This document shows, piece after piece, positions 27,553 through 39,150 of a stretch of DNA of 64,000 nucleotides. Origin of the DNA: Eledone cirrhosa. Lineage: Eukaryota. The DNA lies in NCBI GenBank assembly GCA_964016885.1, contig OZ024742.1, forward strand, positions 276,582,001 through 276,646,000, written 5' to 3'. The stretch's first letter is position 1, and each line of letters starts with the position of its first letter. The notes under the pieces were generated by a model. It was not told the origin of the DNA. It searched no databases and saw only the letters and a program-made list of their open reading frames with translations. Both the position numbers and the translations under genes were made by a program.

Positions 27553-27749
27553 CCCTTTAGCATTTACATTACTCTATATAAACTATTATATTTTCATGGT
27601 AAAGGCTTTACCTCACATAATATCGAATCTATGAGATTTTGAAATTATTTATTTTGAGAACAATACCTTAGCATCAGTATGAGCAGCCAGTTTGAACAGA
27701 AAGAAGTGAAAGAATTCTGGCTGGATATGGCTGGTTAAATGCTAAAGGG
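27553..27749. mobile_element. piggyBac-type MITE family B
   Basis: TTAA|ccctttagcattt ... aaatgctaaaggg|TTAA with 13-bp TIRs and a TTAA TSD. Confidence 0.9.
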
Positions 27750-28624
27750 TTAAAATATGAGTCTATAAAATCAAATGTATTAAGTTTTTGTGATTGTGTT
27801 TATGGTATATTTTTTCCTCTCCTACTGTGAATATCAGGATGTCAAATAAGTAAAGCATGGAGACAGAATAGAAATTGTTGTCAAATTGAATTACAAAAAA
27901 AAAAAAAATAATAATAAATTATGAACCATGTATTTAGAATAGGTTCTCCATATCTCTTCATGTTGTAAGAAGCAACTAATAGAGCAACAAGAAGAGTATC
28001 TAGTTGTAAAACATCATCTCAAAGAATCCCATCCAACCTATGCTAGCATGGAAAAGTCGATGTAAAAACGAGGAGAATGGTGGTGATGAATGGACTTAGG
28101 TATTAGTTTTTCTAACTTATTTGAGGTGTGCAATCCTAACCTAATCAGCACTTCTTGAATATTCAAACTGCTTCTTGTTGTTACTGCTGTTGTTAGAACT
28201 GATCACTTTTCCACCAATGTTATGCAATTAGCAAGTCTGTACCTGTTTGCTTTTTGTCACCATTCACCTGTTGTCACTACTGTGGGCAATGTCGAGTGAA
28301 TAGTAATTCATCTAGGTTAATTTATATTACTTATCTAAGAGAACAAAATAACATCTGTAATACAATTTGAATATATATGTGTCAGGAATTCATTCATCTT
28401 GATATTTTAAATCTTAAAATCCAGTGGAAATTTTTTAAAGTCCAGTTCCACTGAAAATGCCTAAAAACATGTTTGTTTATTCAAATGTTTAGAGTGTCTT
28501 TACATGTGAACAGATCATGAAAATTGGCAGTATAGCAGGAAAAACTTGATTTTTTTTTTTAATGTAATGTTATCATTTCTGCTAGAAATTAAGTTGCACA
28601 TACATGATTGTTAATTAATTACAT

Positions 28625-30240
28625 AATAATAGTTGTTTTTACATTTGGCACAAAGCCAAGAATTTGAAGGAAAGGCAAAAGTCAATTAAATCAACCCCAG
28701 AGCATTACAGGTACTTTATTTTATTGACCCTATAAGGATGAAAGGCAAAGATGACCTCAGCGGGATTTGAACTCAGAAAGCCAAGGGACGTAACTATACA
28801 CCGCAAAGCATTTTGTCCAACGCTCTACCAATACTGCCAATCCACCACCCATAATATTAATGAAAAGAAAAACAGATGAACTAAAAAAGATGATGAAAAA
28901 AAAAGATGTTAGTAATAGATCAAATGCAATAAGTAATAGACATGGTCACGTGAGACATTTTCTGCAGTGCTCTACCCTTTGCCGCTCCACCTGATTATCT
29001 GCTGCCATCATAATGATGATGATTTCTAATTTACATTCAAAGGAAAGGGGAAAATTCATTAAATTGACTCCAGTAACAGACATGGTTGCACAAAACATTT
29101 TCTGCTGTGCTCTACCCTTTATAATAATTTAGGATAATAATTGTTTCTACTTTTGGCACAAGGCCAGCAATAACTCGGTACATTACTGGTACTTTATTTT
29201 ATCGACCTCGTAAGGATGAAAGGCAAAGTTAACCTCGGCGGGATTTGAACTCAAATCGTAAAGAGACGTAACTATGCTGGAAAGCATGTCCGACCCTCTA
29301 CCAATACTGCCAATTCACCGCCCTATTGATGATGAGGATAATAATAATAGTTGTTTCTACTTTTGGCACAAGACCAGCAATTACCCCAGTGAATTACATG
29401 CACTTTATTTTATCAACCTCGTAAGGTTGAAAAGCAAAGTTAACCTCGGTGGGATTTGAGCCCAGAATGTAAAGGGCTATAACTCTGTGTTGCAAAGTAT
29501 GGTGTCTGACGCTCTATTGATACTGCCAAATAATGATGAAGATTTTTAATTTATGTACAAAGGAGAGGGGAAAGTACATTAAATTGACTCCAGTACTTGA
29601 CTGGTATTTTATTTTATCGACCCTCTCAGAAGGATGAAAGGCAAAGTTGACTTTGAGATTTGAAGCCAGAGCATAAAAAGCCATAACTTAATGCATTTTG
29701 TCCAACGTTTTAATGATTCTTTCAATCCAATAATGATAATGATAAAAATTAATAACATAGGCATAAAGCCAAAAATTGTAGAGATAGTTTAGTCAATTAG
29801 ATCAATTCTAGTATTTGACTGGTACTTTATTTTATTGACCTTGGTATAAAGAAAAGCAATGTTAACCATGGCAGGATTTCAACTTGGGCATTTCAACCAA
29901 TGGTCTAACAATTCTACTATGGCACAAAGCCATTCATTTTATAGGAGAAGAATATAGTATTTGACCTAGCCTAATGATTCTAATCAAAGCATTTCATTTA
30001 ATCTGCTGCTGATTCTGGAATTTCGCTACTCTAATAATAGTAATCATTATTTTAATTAAAATAATTACCATTTATTTATTGATTATATAGGCAACGAACA
30101 TGATTTTTCTTAATCATATATGAAGTTTATATAAAGGGAAGCATAGTCAGTTAAATAAACCTCAGTATTTTATTGGTACTTATTTTATGATTCCTATTTG
30201 GAAGCCAAGCAAAGTCAGTTCTAGGCTAATTCAAATTTAG
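28625..30240 (-). mobile_element. Head-to-tail array of about 7 Deu/Nin-type SINE copies
   Basis: Repeated ggtactttattttatcgacc..aaggatgaaaggcaaagttaacctcggcgggatttgaactc...ctctaccaatactgccaa units separated by (TAA)/(TGA) tracts. Confidence 0.85.
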
Positions 30241-30519
30241 ACTAGTGGATCACTAAATTAGATATACCAACACTTCTACCTTAGATAATGATGATATTGA
30301 GGGAGATGGCAGTAGTGACATAACAATAACATTCAATAGCTGAAAGGTTAGGATATTGGATTCTGGTCACCAAACCCTGCTTTGTAAGCATTATGTTAAA
30401 ACCTTTAGCCAGACATGGCTTGCCGAAATTGACCTAGTTAACAAATGATAAAATAACATTGCCATTTCAAGATTGAGCACTCCACATTATGAAGGGCGTT
30501 TTATAAACTAAATTTTCAG

Positions 30520-30549
30520 AGCTATCCAATCAAAGCTAGCAGAGAAAAG
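30520..30549 (+). CDS. Candidate 30-nt internal exon (phase 2: AIQSKLAEK; phase 0: SYPIKASREK)
   Basis: ctaaattttcAG|...AAG|GTATGT: canonical acceptor and donor, length divisible by 3, lies in unique sequence. Confidence 0.55.
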
Positions 30550-31553
30550 GTATGTTTAAAATGTTAAATGAAATAATAATAATAATAATGTTAACATTGA
30601 AGTAACATTTAATTTTTGTAAGTTGTACATATTATTTTTGTCTTATTTCCAGGGTTATTTTCCTTGTTACTATAATATTTTATAATGGCTGTGTGTATCT
30701 GGTTTAGAATAGGTATACTGTATTCCTGCATATTGTAATATGCAACTAAAATAGTTGACACTAGTAAAAGGATCTTGTCATAAAACATTGCCTCAGAAAG
30801 GATGAATATGAACTTGGTTATGGTGCCTGTATGGCTAAGCCCTACTTCAACTGAATAAACAGTTTGAAAACACTGTATGGTGTATAATACTTAAATTTAC
30901 AGTTAGGCACATCATTAATGAGATGTCCTTAATGTTTTATTATGCCACACCATTTCCATTTAGAAAGCATTTGAAAGATCTGTGAAATTTTTCACTGGTC
31001 AAATTGATAGGTATCAGGCCAACTTTCCTTGGATAATTGCACTATGACAACATTCCCTTCAACTATTTACCCAGAGGACAATCTTCCCTCTCTTGAGTAA
31101 TTGCTCCACGATAGTTGCCTCAACAACATACAGCTCAGCTTTGACATGCACCACAGCTTCAACCTACACCACCAATACCACAACTTTAATCTATACAACT
31201 TTAACTTAGAATTGTTGGTGGTGAGGGAGGGGGGCAATAATCCAAGGACAGGTTGCAGATATCCTATTGGGGCAATTGTCCAAGAATCAGTTATCAGTGG
31301 TGGGTGCCATTGCTCTAAAAACATATTGGTAATTCACTTGTCACACACATGAACATATACATGTATGTACACCATAACATGCCTAAAGTTGCTTCTATTT
31401 AATATGCATGATTATTCAAACAGAAATCAATGTCTTGCTATTATAAAGCCCCCTTTTTTATATTTTATCATATGTATATGTGAAGTTCTTTATATTGTGA
31501 ACTTCAAACATTATTCATGAAGAAATTCTATTTGAGTATAAACTTTAGCTTAA

Positions 31554-31758
31554 CCCTTTAGCATTTAAACCGGCTGTATCCGGCCAGAATTCTCTGACCT
31601 CTTTCTGTTCAAACCAGCTGTAACCATCCACTCATACCAACGTTAAGGTATTGTTCTCAAAATAAATAATATCAAAATCTCATAGATTTGATATGTCAAG
31701 TAAAGCCTTTACCATAAAAATACAATAGTAAATATTCAGTAATGCAAATGCTAAAGGG
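31554..31758. mobile_element. piggyBac-type MITE family B (opposite orientation to the 27553 copy)
   Basis: TTAA|ccctttagcattt ... aaatgctaaaggg|TTAA; interior is the reverse complement of 27553-27749. Confidence 0.9.
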
Positions 31759-33603
31759 TTAAATGAATATTTTCTCTAATAAAGCTTCAAAATTATCCCA
31801 CTTTCTTACCACTAGTAGTATAATCATCAACAACAGTTAATTCTGCTTGTGAAATGAATTATTTTAGAGAGACTATACTACACCAGATGTTTGTTTGAAT
31901 GGTCAGGTATACAGTTTTACATTGGAAGGTTCTTGTTTAGAATTCCCGCCCACACATTATGTCTGTAGTATACAGTTACTACAGTAATTGAATGTTTCCT
32001 CTCTGAAACCTTCATTGATTCCATCTATTATGATGCTTAATACCAATATTAAGTTGCTAAAAATCACTATACTTAACTTTCCTCTCAGAGTTTTGCATTG
32101 AAGGTTAAACCTGAGAAAATGCCAGTTATAGCCTAGTAGATTAGACATTTAATTTAAAACGGAGACAGGGAATAGTTTAGGCTGAGGTTGGCAGCTGAAA
32201 TTTTATTCAGTTAGCCCATATGTGACCACATTTCTAATGAAATACACTAGATATCAATTATTTAATGAAGAATTTTGATGGATTTATTAAAATTATTTAT
32301 AATTTTGTTACTAAGATATCATCCTAACATATGGTTCTTATATAAAATTATGTTGGAAGACATTAATTTAAATTGGAAACTTTTTAAATGCTCTGTTTTG
32401 TTTCATAAAATCAGAGTCGGTTTTGGGCAGTTTGGTATTGAAAGGTTTAACCTATTTGGGGGATACAATACATAGCTGGTAACAGAATGAGAAAAGTTAA
32501 TTAACTAGAAGTTATCACTGTATAACTGCCATTTTAGTGTTGTCTCATTATTTGCATCAATCCCATACTCCCGCAGAACCTTCCACAAGTCCTGTGGAAT
32601 ACAGTCATAAGACATTTTTCATATTTTCCATAATTGGTATTTTGATTTTACAATCCTATGGCTCATTGTATACTCCAAATAGGATTTTTTAAACATTGAA
32701 TGGCTATGGGTGTCCTCCAGAGTGAAATAGGAAAAGTGATTCATAGGTAAAAAAAAGGTTGATAACTACTACTTTTTATGCTGAGTTTGAATCCCACTAG
32801 ACAACATCGCTTTTCATCTATCTAAAGTCAATAAAATGGAATACCAAGTATGTACTGGCACTTAATTCAAAACTACTTTGTCTCAATGTAAAAAATTATC
32901 ACCTTTACTGTTATTATTGCATCACCTGGTGACAGTGTTTTTGGATTTGCCTAAGCTGCATTTCTGGTTGTTATACCAATAGAATACTTCTAAGCCTTTT
33001 CTTTAACTATTTTTTCTGAGCTTCTCCTGATTTTTGTAAATTGATAAGATGAAGTCCTTTTGTATTAATTTGCCAGAATATAATGATAACATATGAGAGA
33101 TAGCAACTGTTATTTTGTTTGTCGAGAATTTAGCCCTCCACTTTAATAAAGGATTGCAATTGGAATAAGTTCACATCCTACCAATAATTATACATCTTTT
33201 TTTTTTTATTCACTCTAGAAGTGAAAATAAAGCCCAATACCACTGTCATTTTGCAATCGATCATTTAATGTCATAAAAGGTTTTCTACTATAAAATATGT
33301 TTTTAAAAGTCATATAAAGTGTCTTAATTTATTGAATTTCCTAATCAATATCATCCTACACACTGATGCGATTGTCAAATCATTGATCTTTTGTGGTCCA
33401 GCCTTATTGATTTTAGTAAGCAAGAAAAAGCATTTGCTCTACTCGTGCTTTTTCCAAGTATATTGGCAAAGTAAGTGAAATATCTATGATTATGAATCAC
33501 ATCTAGATTCAGTTTATTGAGTGTTAACAAGTAAATTATGCTTATATACTCACCCTTTTGAAAATAGTGGCACAAATTTATTCAGGATCACTTAAGCAGC
33601 TGA

Positions 33604-33839
33604 TTAGCCCTTTTGATACCAAACTGCTGTTGGTCCTACAATATTAAGCTGTTTATTTTTATCTAAAAACTTTCCATCATAATTTTTATGCAAGAACTTT
33701 AAGTTATGCTCCAAACACCAGCTTTATAATGAAAATGTATGTCATATTACTAATTCCTTCCAAATTCTTTACTATTTGAAAAATTATTTGTAAATCATAA
33801 GCAGTGTCTTCATTAGAAATACAGTAACAAACGGATTAA
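33604..33839. mobile_element. piggyBac-type MITE family A, degenerate
   Basis: ttagccccttttgatacc ... gtaacaaacggattaa; interior matches 12254-12512. Confidence 0.65.
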
Positions 33840-34569
33840 AGGATATAAAATCCAAATTAACATAGACAGAGCTTAAATTCAGAATCATATGATTTGGAAT
33901 CTGGCACTCTACATCTAAACCATTCATAAAATCAAAAAAGTATTTATATATTTTGTATTTGTCCTTTCAGAGGTAAATTAATTTCTATTATGATCTGACT
34001 TAATTATGGCTTTTATTTTGATTTTAAAATATAATTTATTTTACTATATAAATACAAGGAATGGGTTTACTTTAATAGTGAAGAGGCTAAGAATTAAGAA
34101 ATACTGTGTTTTGGGAGTTAGGTCTTTGTGTATGTGAAAGAGAGCAGTTTTGGAATGAGGAAGCTTGACAGTTTGTGGCTTTTTGGCACATGAACACAGT
34201 ATGGGTGGTGGTTAGTTGGCATGTATGTTAGATGTTAAAGCCAGCTGGTTAGTGCAACACACAAGGGAAATTCTTTCGTTTAGAATACTTGATAATGATG
34301 TTAGTATAAACATAGACCTGAAACACTGTGATGAACACTAAGTACACACTCTAAGAAATCTGACTTCAGATATATAAAAGGTGAAAATATACAGTGTTGA
34401 AATAGCATATGAGCCAAGAACCTAAGATATATGGTTTAGCCTTAATTGGATAGATATGTTCATTCTAAGTGTGATTTGTTATTATGCCAACAATTTAAGC
34501 TAAGAAAAGCTTGATTTGGTGTTCAACTGAATGAAAAGTAGCCTTTTTTTTTGTAGAATAAGCTTCACT

Positions 34570-36505
34570 TATTCCTGAGAGGGACGTGGGAGCAGAGTCC
34601 TCAAACACTCCTTCCAGTGGGTCATATCAGAAGCAACCATTTCCAATTGATCTGGCTGGATCCCCAAGCGAGACCAGCGAAGCTCATGGATATTATCCAG
34701 CCATCTTGGTTGGGGTCTACCCCTGGGTCTCCTGCCAGTTTATTTGCCTGTAAAATCTGTCAACTGAGACATTCTAGCCACATGCCCATAGTATCAGAGC
34801 TGTGATATCTCAATTTGGAGAAGTAGTGGCTCTACATGGAGCAACTCTCTGATCTCCAAGCTACGCACTCTAATGAGTAATGTTATTCCAACAACCCTTC
34901 GGAGGAACCCCATTTCGGCTGCTTGTATTTGTAATCATATTCTTTCGGTCATTACCAAAGATTTATGGTCATAAGTAAGAGTTGCATGAATACCGAATTG
35001 AAGATAGTGAGTTTGGCTTTTATGCCTACCTCCTTGTTCTGATTACTGAATGCTGGAGCTGGTACTGCTCCAGCTCCTGCAATTCTTGCACTTAATTCAG
35101 CCTCCTGCCTTCTATCACTCATGAACACGGCTCTGGGATACTCAAACTTCTTCACCTGCTTCCATTGAAATGTCGAGTGCACTGTGCAGACTTCCTTCAG
35201 AGGAAGTGTGTCTCAGTTTTAGCAGCACTGATTTTTATTCCAGCTATGCAGCACTTGGCATCAAACCTATCAAGTGCAAGTCGGAGATCACCTTCTGTCA
35301 AGTTCAGTAATACTATGTCATCTGCAAATTCCAGCAAACTGATTCTATACCTGCTAGAGTCGGCTGTGCTGCGTCTGGGGGGTGAAAACCACACTATTCA
35401 TCAGCTAGTGTAGACTTGACAATCTCCCTACATCTCTTTGCCAGCAGGGAGGCTTAACAAGGAGAGCCATCTATAATTGGAGCAATCTCTCTTGTCTCCT
35501 TTTTTGAAAATTGGGATTATCACACCTGATTGCCATTACTTTCCAGAGATCCAGGCCATGCAGCATGCATGAGTCAGCCAGAGAATACCTTCTCTATTTA
35601 AGGCTTTAAACATCTTGGACCAAATTTCAGCCTCCTTAGCAATCTTGCCACATTTGAGCTCTTTAATTGCTCCTGTGACTTCAGTCTCCCAGATGCACCT
35701 CGTGTACATCAGAAAATGCTGTTGTGATCAGGTTTAGGAGATCAGCAAAGTATTCTCTCCACCTCCTGAGGATGCACCTCTCTGAAGAGAGGAGAACCCC
35801 AGATGCATTCCTGATAGCAGGTGTGGAGGTGGACTTCTTTTTACGAAGTTGGCAGGTGGTTTTCCAAAACACTTTATTTGCTGATTTGAAGTCAGATTTC
35901 AGCTTAACCCCAAAGTGTTCTCATGTCTTAACTTTGGACGCATTTACTGTCTCTGCTGTGATTCTTCACGCTTGCTTGTATCACAAGTGCAAGATGGAGG
36001 ACATATTTCAAAGCCAAGCTTTGTAAGCCACCTTCTTTGCTTGGATGGCATTTTTGACCTCTTGATTGAACCAAGGGCTCCTCTTACCATCTAGCGTCAT
36101 GCCAAGCCTCTTTCCCCTGCAGCATTTAACAGCTGAAGCAGAAACTGCTAATTTGAATAATCTCCACTCCATTTCAACATCCTCAGTTTGCTCAGGGAAT
36201 TCTCTGAATTTGGATGCAATAGTATTTGCACACCTTGTCTTGACTTCCTTAACCACCAATGCTTCACACTTTATCCTGTAAGTCGTCCTGGACTTGCCAG
36301 TTTTGTGGGATCAGTGGTCAGCTTCTTGTTGACCTGTGTCACTATACAAATACCCGAGTATTTGTATTCAGATAAATGGTGCTAAATCTAAACCATTCAA
36401 TGTGGGAATCGGACTCCGCCAAGGATGCATACTGTCACCTCTCCTGCTCATTATTTTCATGAACATAATTGACATGCGCAGCCAGGTTGGAAGTGGTGTC
36501 ACATT
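34570..36505 (-). mobile_element. Rearranged RTE (Expander/Rex3-like) LINE
   Basis: Minus 34570-35356 is RT from ISLLEFADD to the 3' end; minus 35410-36330 is the EN-RT linker (PWFNQEVKNAIQAKK, RRWREYF, IPIFKKGD); plus 36335-36505 is RT SLYK...GLRQGCILSPLL. Confidence 0.88.
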
Positions 36506-36739
36506 TGATCTTGTTTTAGTTAAATGGAGTATGGTTAATACAATGTTATTTTTGAGTATTCAAAGGTCTGAATTCAAGAAGATGGCTGCACCATATTATT
36601 TTTGTTTTAGTTTTTGTTGTTCTTTTAGTTGTTACTGTTCTGTATTGTTTGAGTTGTTGGGTAGCATAAGAGAAGCTTAACTGAAAAATCATACGACACA
36701 TATGACACAGAAATACTTGATTTGTGAGTAAACAAGAGA

Positions 36740-36962
36740 AAGAGCCTCTCTCTATATGGTTATTTGACGTGCTAGAAAAAGCAGCCAAATCTCCTCCAAA
36801 TCACACCCTACCAACTAAAAAATGTAAAGACAGATATTAGAATTCATTAGTCAGAAATTCACTATAATTAATTGAAAAGTAGATAGGATGGTCACATCTG
36901 GAACACCTTTTGATCATAGGTCTGCTCAACCAAACTTCAGCTGGGGATAAACAACAGCAACA
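36740..36962 (-). mobile_element. Dispersed SINE-like repeat (gagcagacctatgatcaaaaggtgttccagatgtgaccatcc family)
   Basis: Related copies at ~2010-2185 +, 54010-54170 + and 60040-60290 -, sharing the motif atttggctgct..ttctagca.gtc. Confidence 0.6.
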
Positions 36963-36985
36963 TCTCTGTGTAAACCATAGATCCA

Positions 36986-37211
36986 ACAATCATCTCTGCC
37001 TATGCTCCCCAGGCAGGCCTAGGTAAAGAAGAGAAAGACTGCTTTTACAAGCAACTTTTACAGACAGCCTCAATGATAGAGGACAGAGACATTGTTCTGC
37101 TAGCAGGGGACTTCAATGGACGTGTTGGACAGCTCCAGGATAGATACACTGGGGTACATGGTGGGCATGGTTACGGCTCAAGAAATGAAGGAGTAAGGCT
37201 TCTTGAAATGT
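36986..37211 (+). mobile_element. RTE apurinic-like endonuclease fragment
   Basis: IISAYAPQAGLGKEEKDCFY...VLLAGDFNGRVG...VHGGHGYGSRNE. Confidence 0.9.
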
Positions 37212-37423
37212 AAAATTTATGTTTAGAATTAAAAGATATAATTTAAGATAAGATTAGAAAAGTAAGATTTAGGTTTAAAGTTGGGAGATTTAGTTAAAGA
37301 ATTTGCAGAAGGAAGCATTTATGAAAAGGTTAAATGTATTATTGTATTATTGATAGTCATAATAAAGTTTCAGGGTAGAATATAAAGTTAAGATTAAGAT
37401 TAAAAAGTAAGATTAAGCCCAAG

Positions 37424-37974
37424 TTTAAGAGTACTGTTTGGCGGTCAATAACCAGTGACGTGATGGACTCCCAGCCCACCCAGGGCCCAATGGCGTGTCA
37501 ACTGTTCCGAGTATTTTGGTCTACCGAAAGAAAGGGAAATTTATTTTTCCAAGCACTCCAGGAAAGTTAATTGTCTCAAGCGCGGGGGATGCTAGCGAGA
37601 AGCCCGCCACTGCCAGCTGATCATCGCGTATACCAAACGATTATTAGTTATTCACACTAGTGGGGGATTTAGTTAAAGAACTAGTAGAAGGAGGCATACA
37701 TTTTTAGAATAGGATTTAAAGTTAGGATTTAAGCTTAGAATTTAAGAGTACTGTTTGGCGGTCAATAACCTGTGGCGCGGCGGATTCCAAGCCCGCCCAG
37801 AGCCCAAGGGTGAAACAGCCATTCTGAGTATTTTCGTTTACCAAAAGAAGGAGAAATTTATTTTTCCAAGCACTCTAGGAAGGCTGATCGACTCGAGCAC
37901 TGGCCGTGCAAGCAGGAAGGCCGCCACATCCCTCGGATCATCGCGTGTACCAAACAATTATTAGTTATTCACAC
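37424..37974. repeat. Direct tandem duplicate, 2 x 234 bp (period 317), GC-rich core, unknown family
   Basis: 37424-37657 vs 37741-37974 align without gaps (about 46 substitutions by hand count). Both are preceded by a related ggg.gatttagttaaagaa...(TTAAGA/TTAGGA)n linker at 37282 and 37662. Confidence 0.9.
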
Positions 37975-38437
37975 CCATGGTGTGAAGTTTAAAAGTAGCA
38001 AAATCTGATGAAATGGGTAAGGAGACTATATTCAATCCCAAGTTAGCCAGGGTTATTTGAATTTATATGCAGTATGATTCCTGAGTGGTAGGAGGAGTAA
38101 TTAAAGATAAACAGATATAAAGGGTACAGAAAGTAATATTCTAGTGTTGTGCGCTTATTTTAGGTAACATTACCTATATATATATCTAGAGTGCTTAAAA
38201 TTATTTGTGACTAATCCCGGTCTTTTTTTTTTTAAAAACCGCGATAATATTGCTATTTTGCTGAACTCCTTACATTTTGTAGAGTTTTTTCGGAATGTTT
38301 TTTGACTGCTGTTTCTTGTAAATAGACATTCGTCCATGTGTGTTTATTTTCATAATTACGCACGAGGTGAGCTAAGCCTGCTTTTAAATTCCCTTTTTGG
38401 CATATTCTAACAGTGAGACTAGGGTTATCGTGTTTGA

Positions 38438-38516
38438 GCTCTACTGATGAACGACTCCAACCGTGACCATCCCCACTGAAAAGTTACGTGAAATAGTCTT
38501 TAAGACTATATAGAGC
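38438..38516 (+). ncRNA. Type I hammerhead ribozyme, intact
   Basis: gctcta-CTGATGA-acg...cgt-GAAA-tagtctt-t-aagacta-TA-tagagc: 6/6 Watson-Crick stem I, 3-bp stem II base, near-palindromic stem III, AUA triplet, predicted cut after 38510. Confidence 0.88.
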
Positions 38517-38781
38517 ATTTGTAGTTTTTCCAAATTGAAGGATGAGTATTTAAACTTTATTTTATTCAGAGTTAAGACTCTATTGGTTTTTCCCTGATTT
38601 CACAAAATCTTTGGATAAATCTATGTCTTGATTTTTTTTTAATTGAGTTTGAATTATTTTCCCACATCTTACGTTAATTATTTTTCCATTTTGACGTTAT
38701 AGTCACTTATATATTATGAAATACTGTTGGATTCATGCTCACATTAATTTCTATACTTTCATTTATATGTATATATATATA

Positions 38782-39150
38782 TATAGTTAAATAAGATAAC
38801 AAGGATGATTGGTTACTCCTTCATTACGTTTATTGGTTGGTGATGTGCGTTTCGCCACTGACCAGCTCCAGGTTTGATCTGTATCAATCTGATCTGACTC
38901 TGTAATCCACGGCTCATCAGACAATTACAGAGTCAGGTCAGATCCATTCAGATCGAACCTTGAGCTGGTCAGTGGCGAAACGCGCATTACCAACCAATAA
39001 ACGTAATGAAGGAGTAACCAATCATCCTTGTTATCTTATTTAACTATAATACACTCTGTGTAGCTCTACACCTTCACACTGAAGTGAACCTAAACATCGA
39101 GTGCTCACCCGGGTGAACCTACAGTAACTCCAAGTTACACTCCCTGGATA
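38782..39150. mobile_element. Penelope-like pLTR insertion: 125-bp inverted repeat plus ~100-nt extension, flanked by (TA)n
   Basis: 38782-38906 vs 38924-39048 are reverse complementary (8 mismatches, 17-nt loop), each arm carries AATAAA, and (TA)n lies at 38765-38785 and 39148-39170. Confidence 0.8.
38837..38924 (-). ncRNA. Type I hammerhead ribozyme, minimal stem III, partly decayed
   Basis: Minus: ttgt-CTGATGA-gcc...ggc-GAAA-cgcaca-TC-accaa, then AATAAA. The other arm reads ggcGAAAcgcgcatta, implying an ancestral palindromic stem III acgcgcgt. Confidence 0.72.

Noticed and set aside
37441-37900. Twister-ribozyme reading of the duplicate (TAA...GG-ttccaagc-CC resembles the L4 loop)
   Set aside because: The loop has an extra base, and the conserved GA plus T1 pseudoknot partner cannot be placed consistently in both copies.
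37755-37964. 69-aa ORF in copy 2, and an antisense LGGLG(I/V) RT-like peptide
   Set aside because: Copy 1 has stops in that frame and the antisense frame has a shared stop; synonymous bias is too weak to call it coding.
37424-37974. Template/variable repeat (DGR-like) or CRISPR-like interpretation
   Set aside because: Substitutions are not adenine-specific, there are only two units, no cognate RT or cas genes, and the context is eukaryotic.
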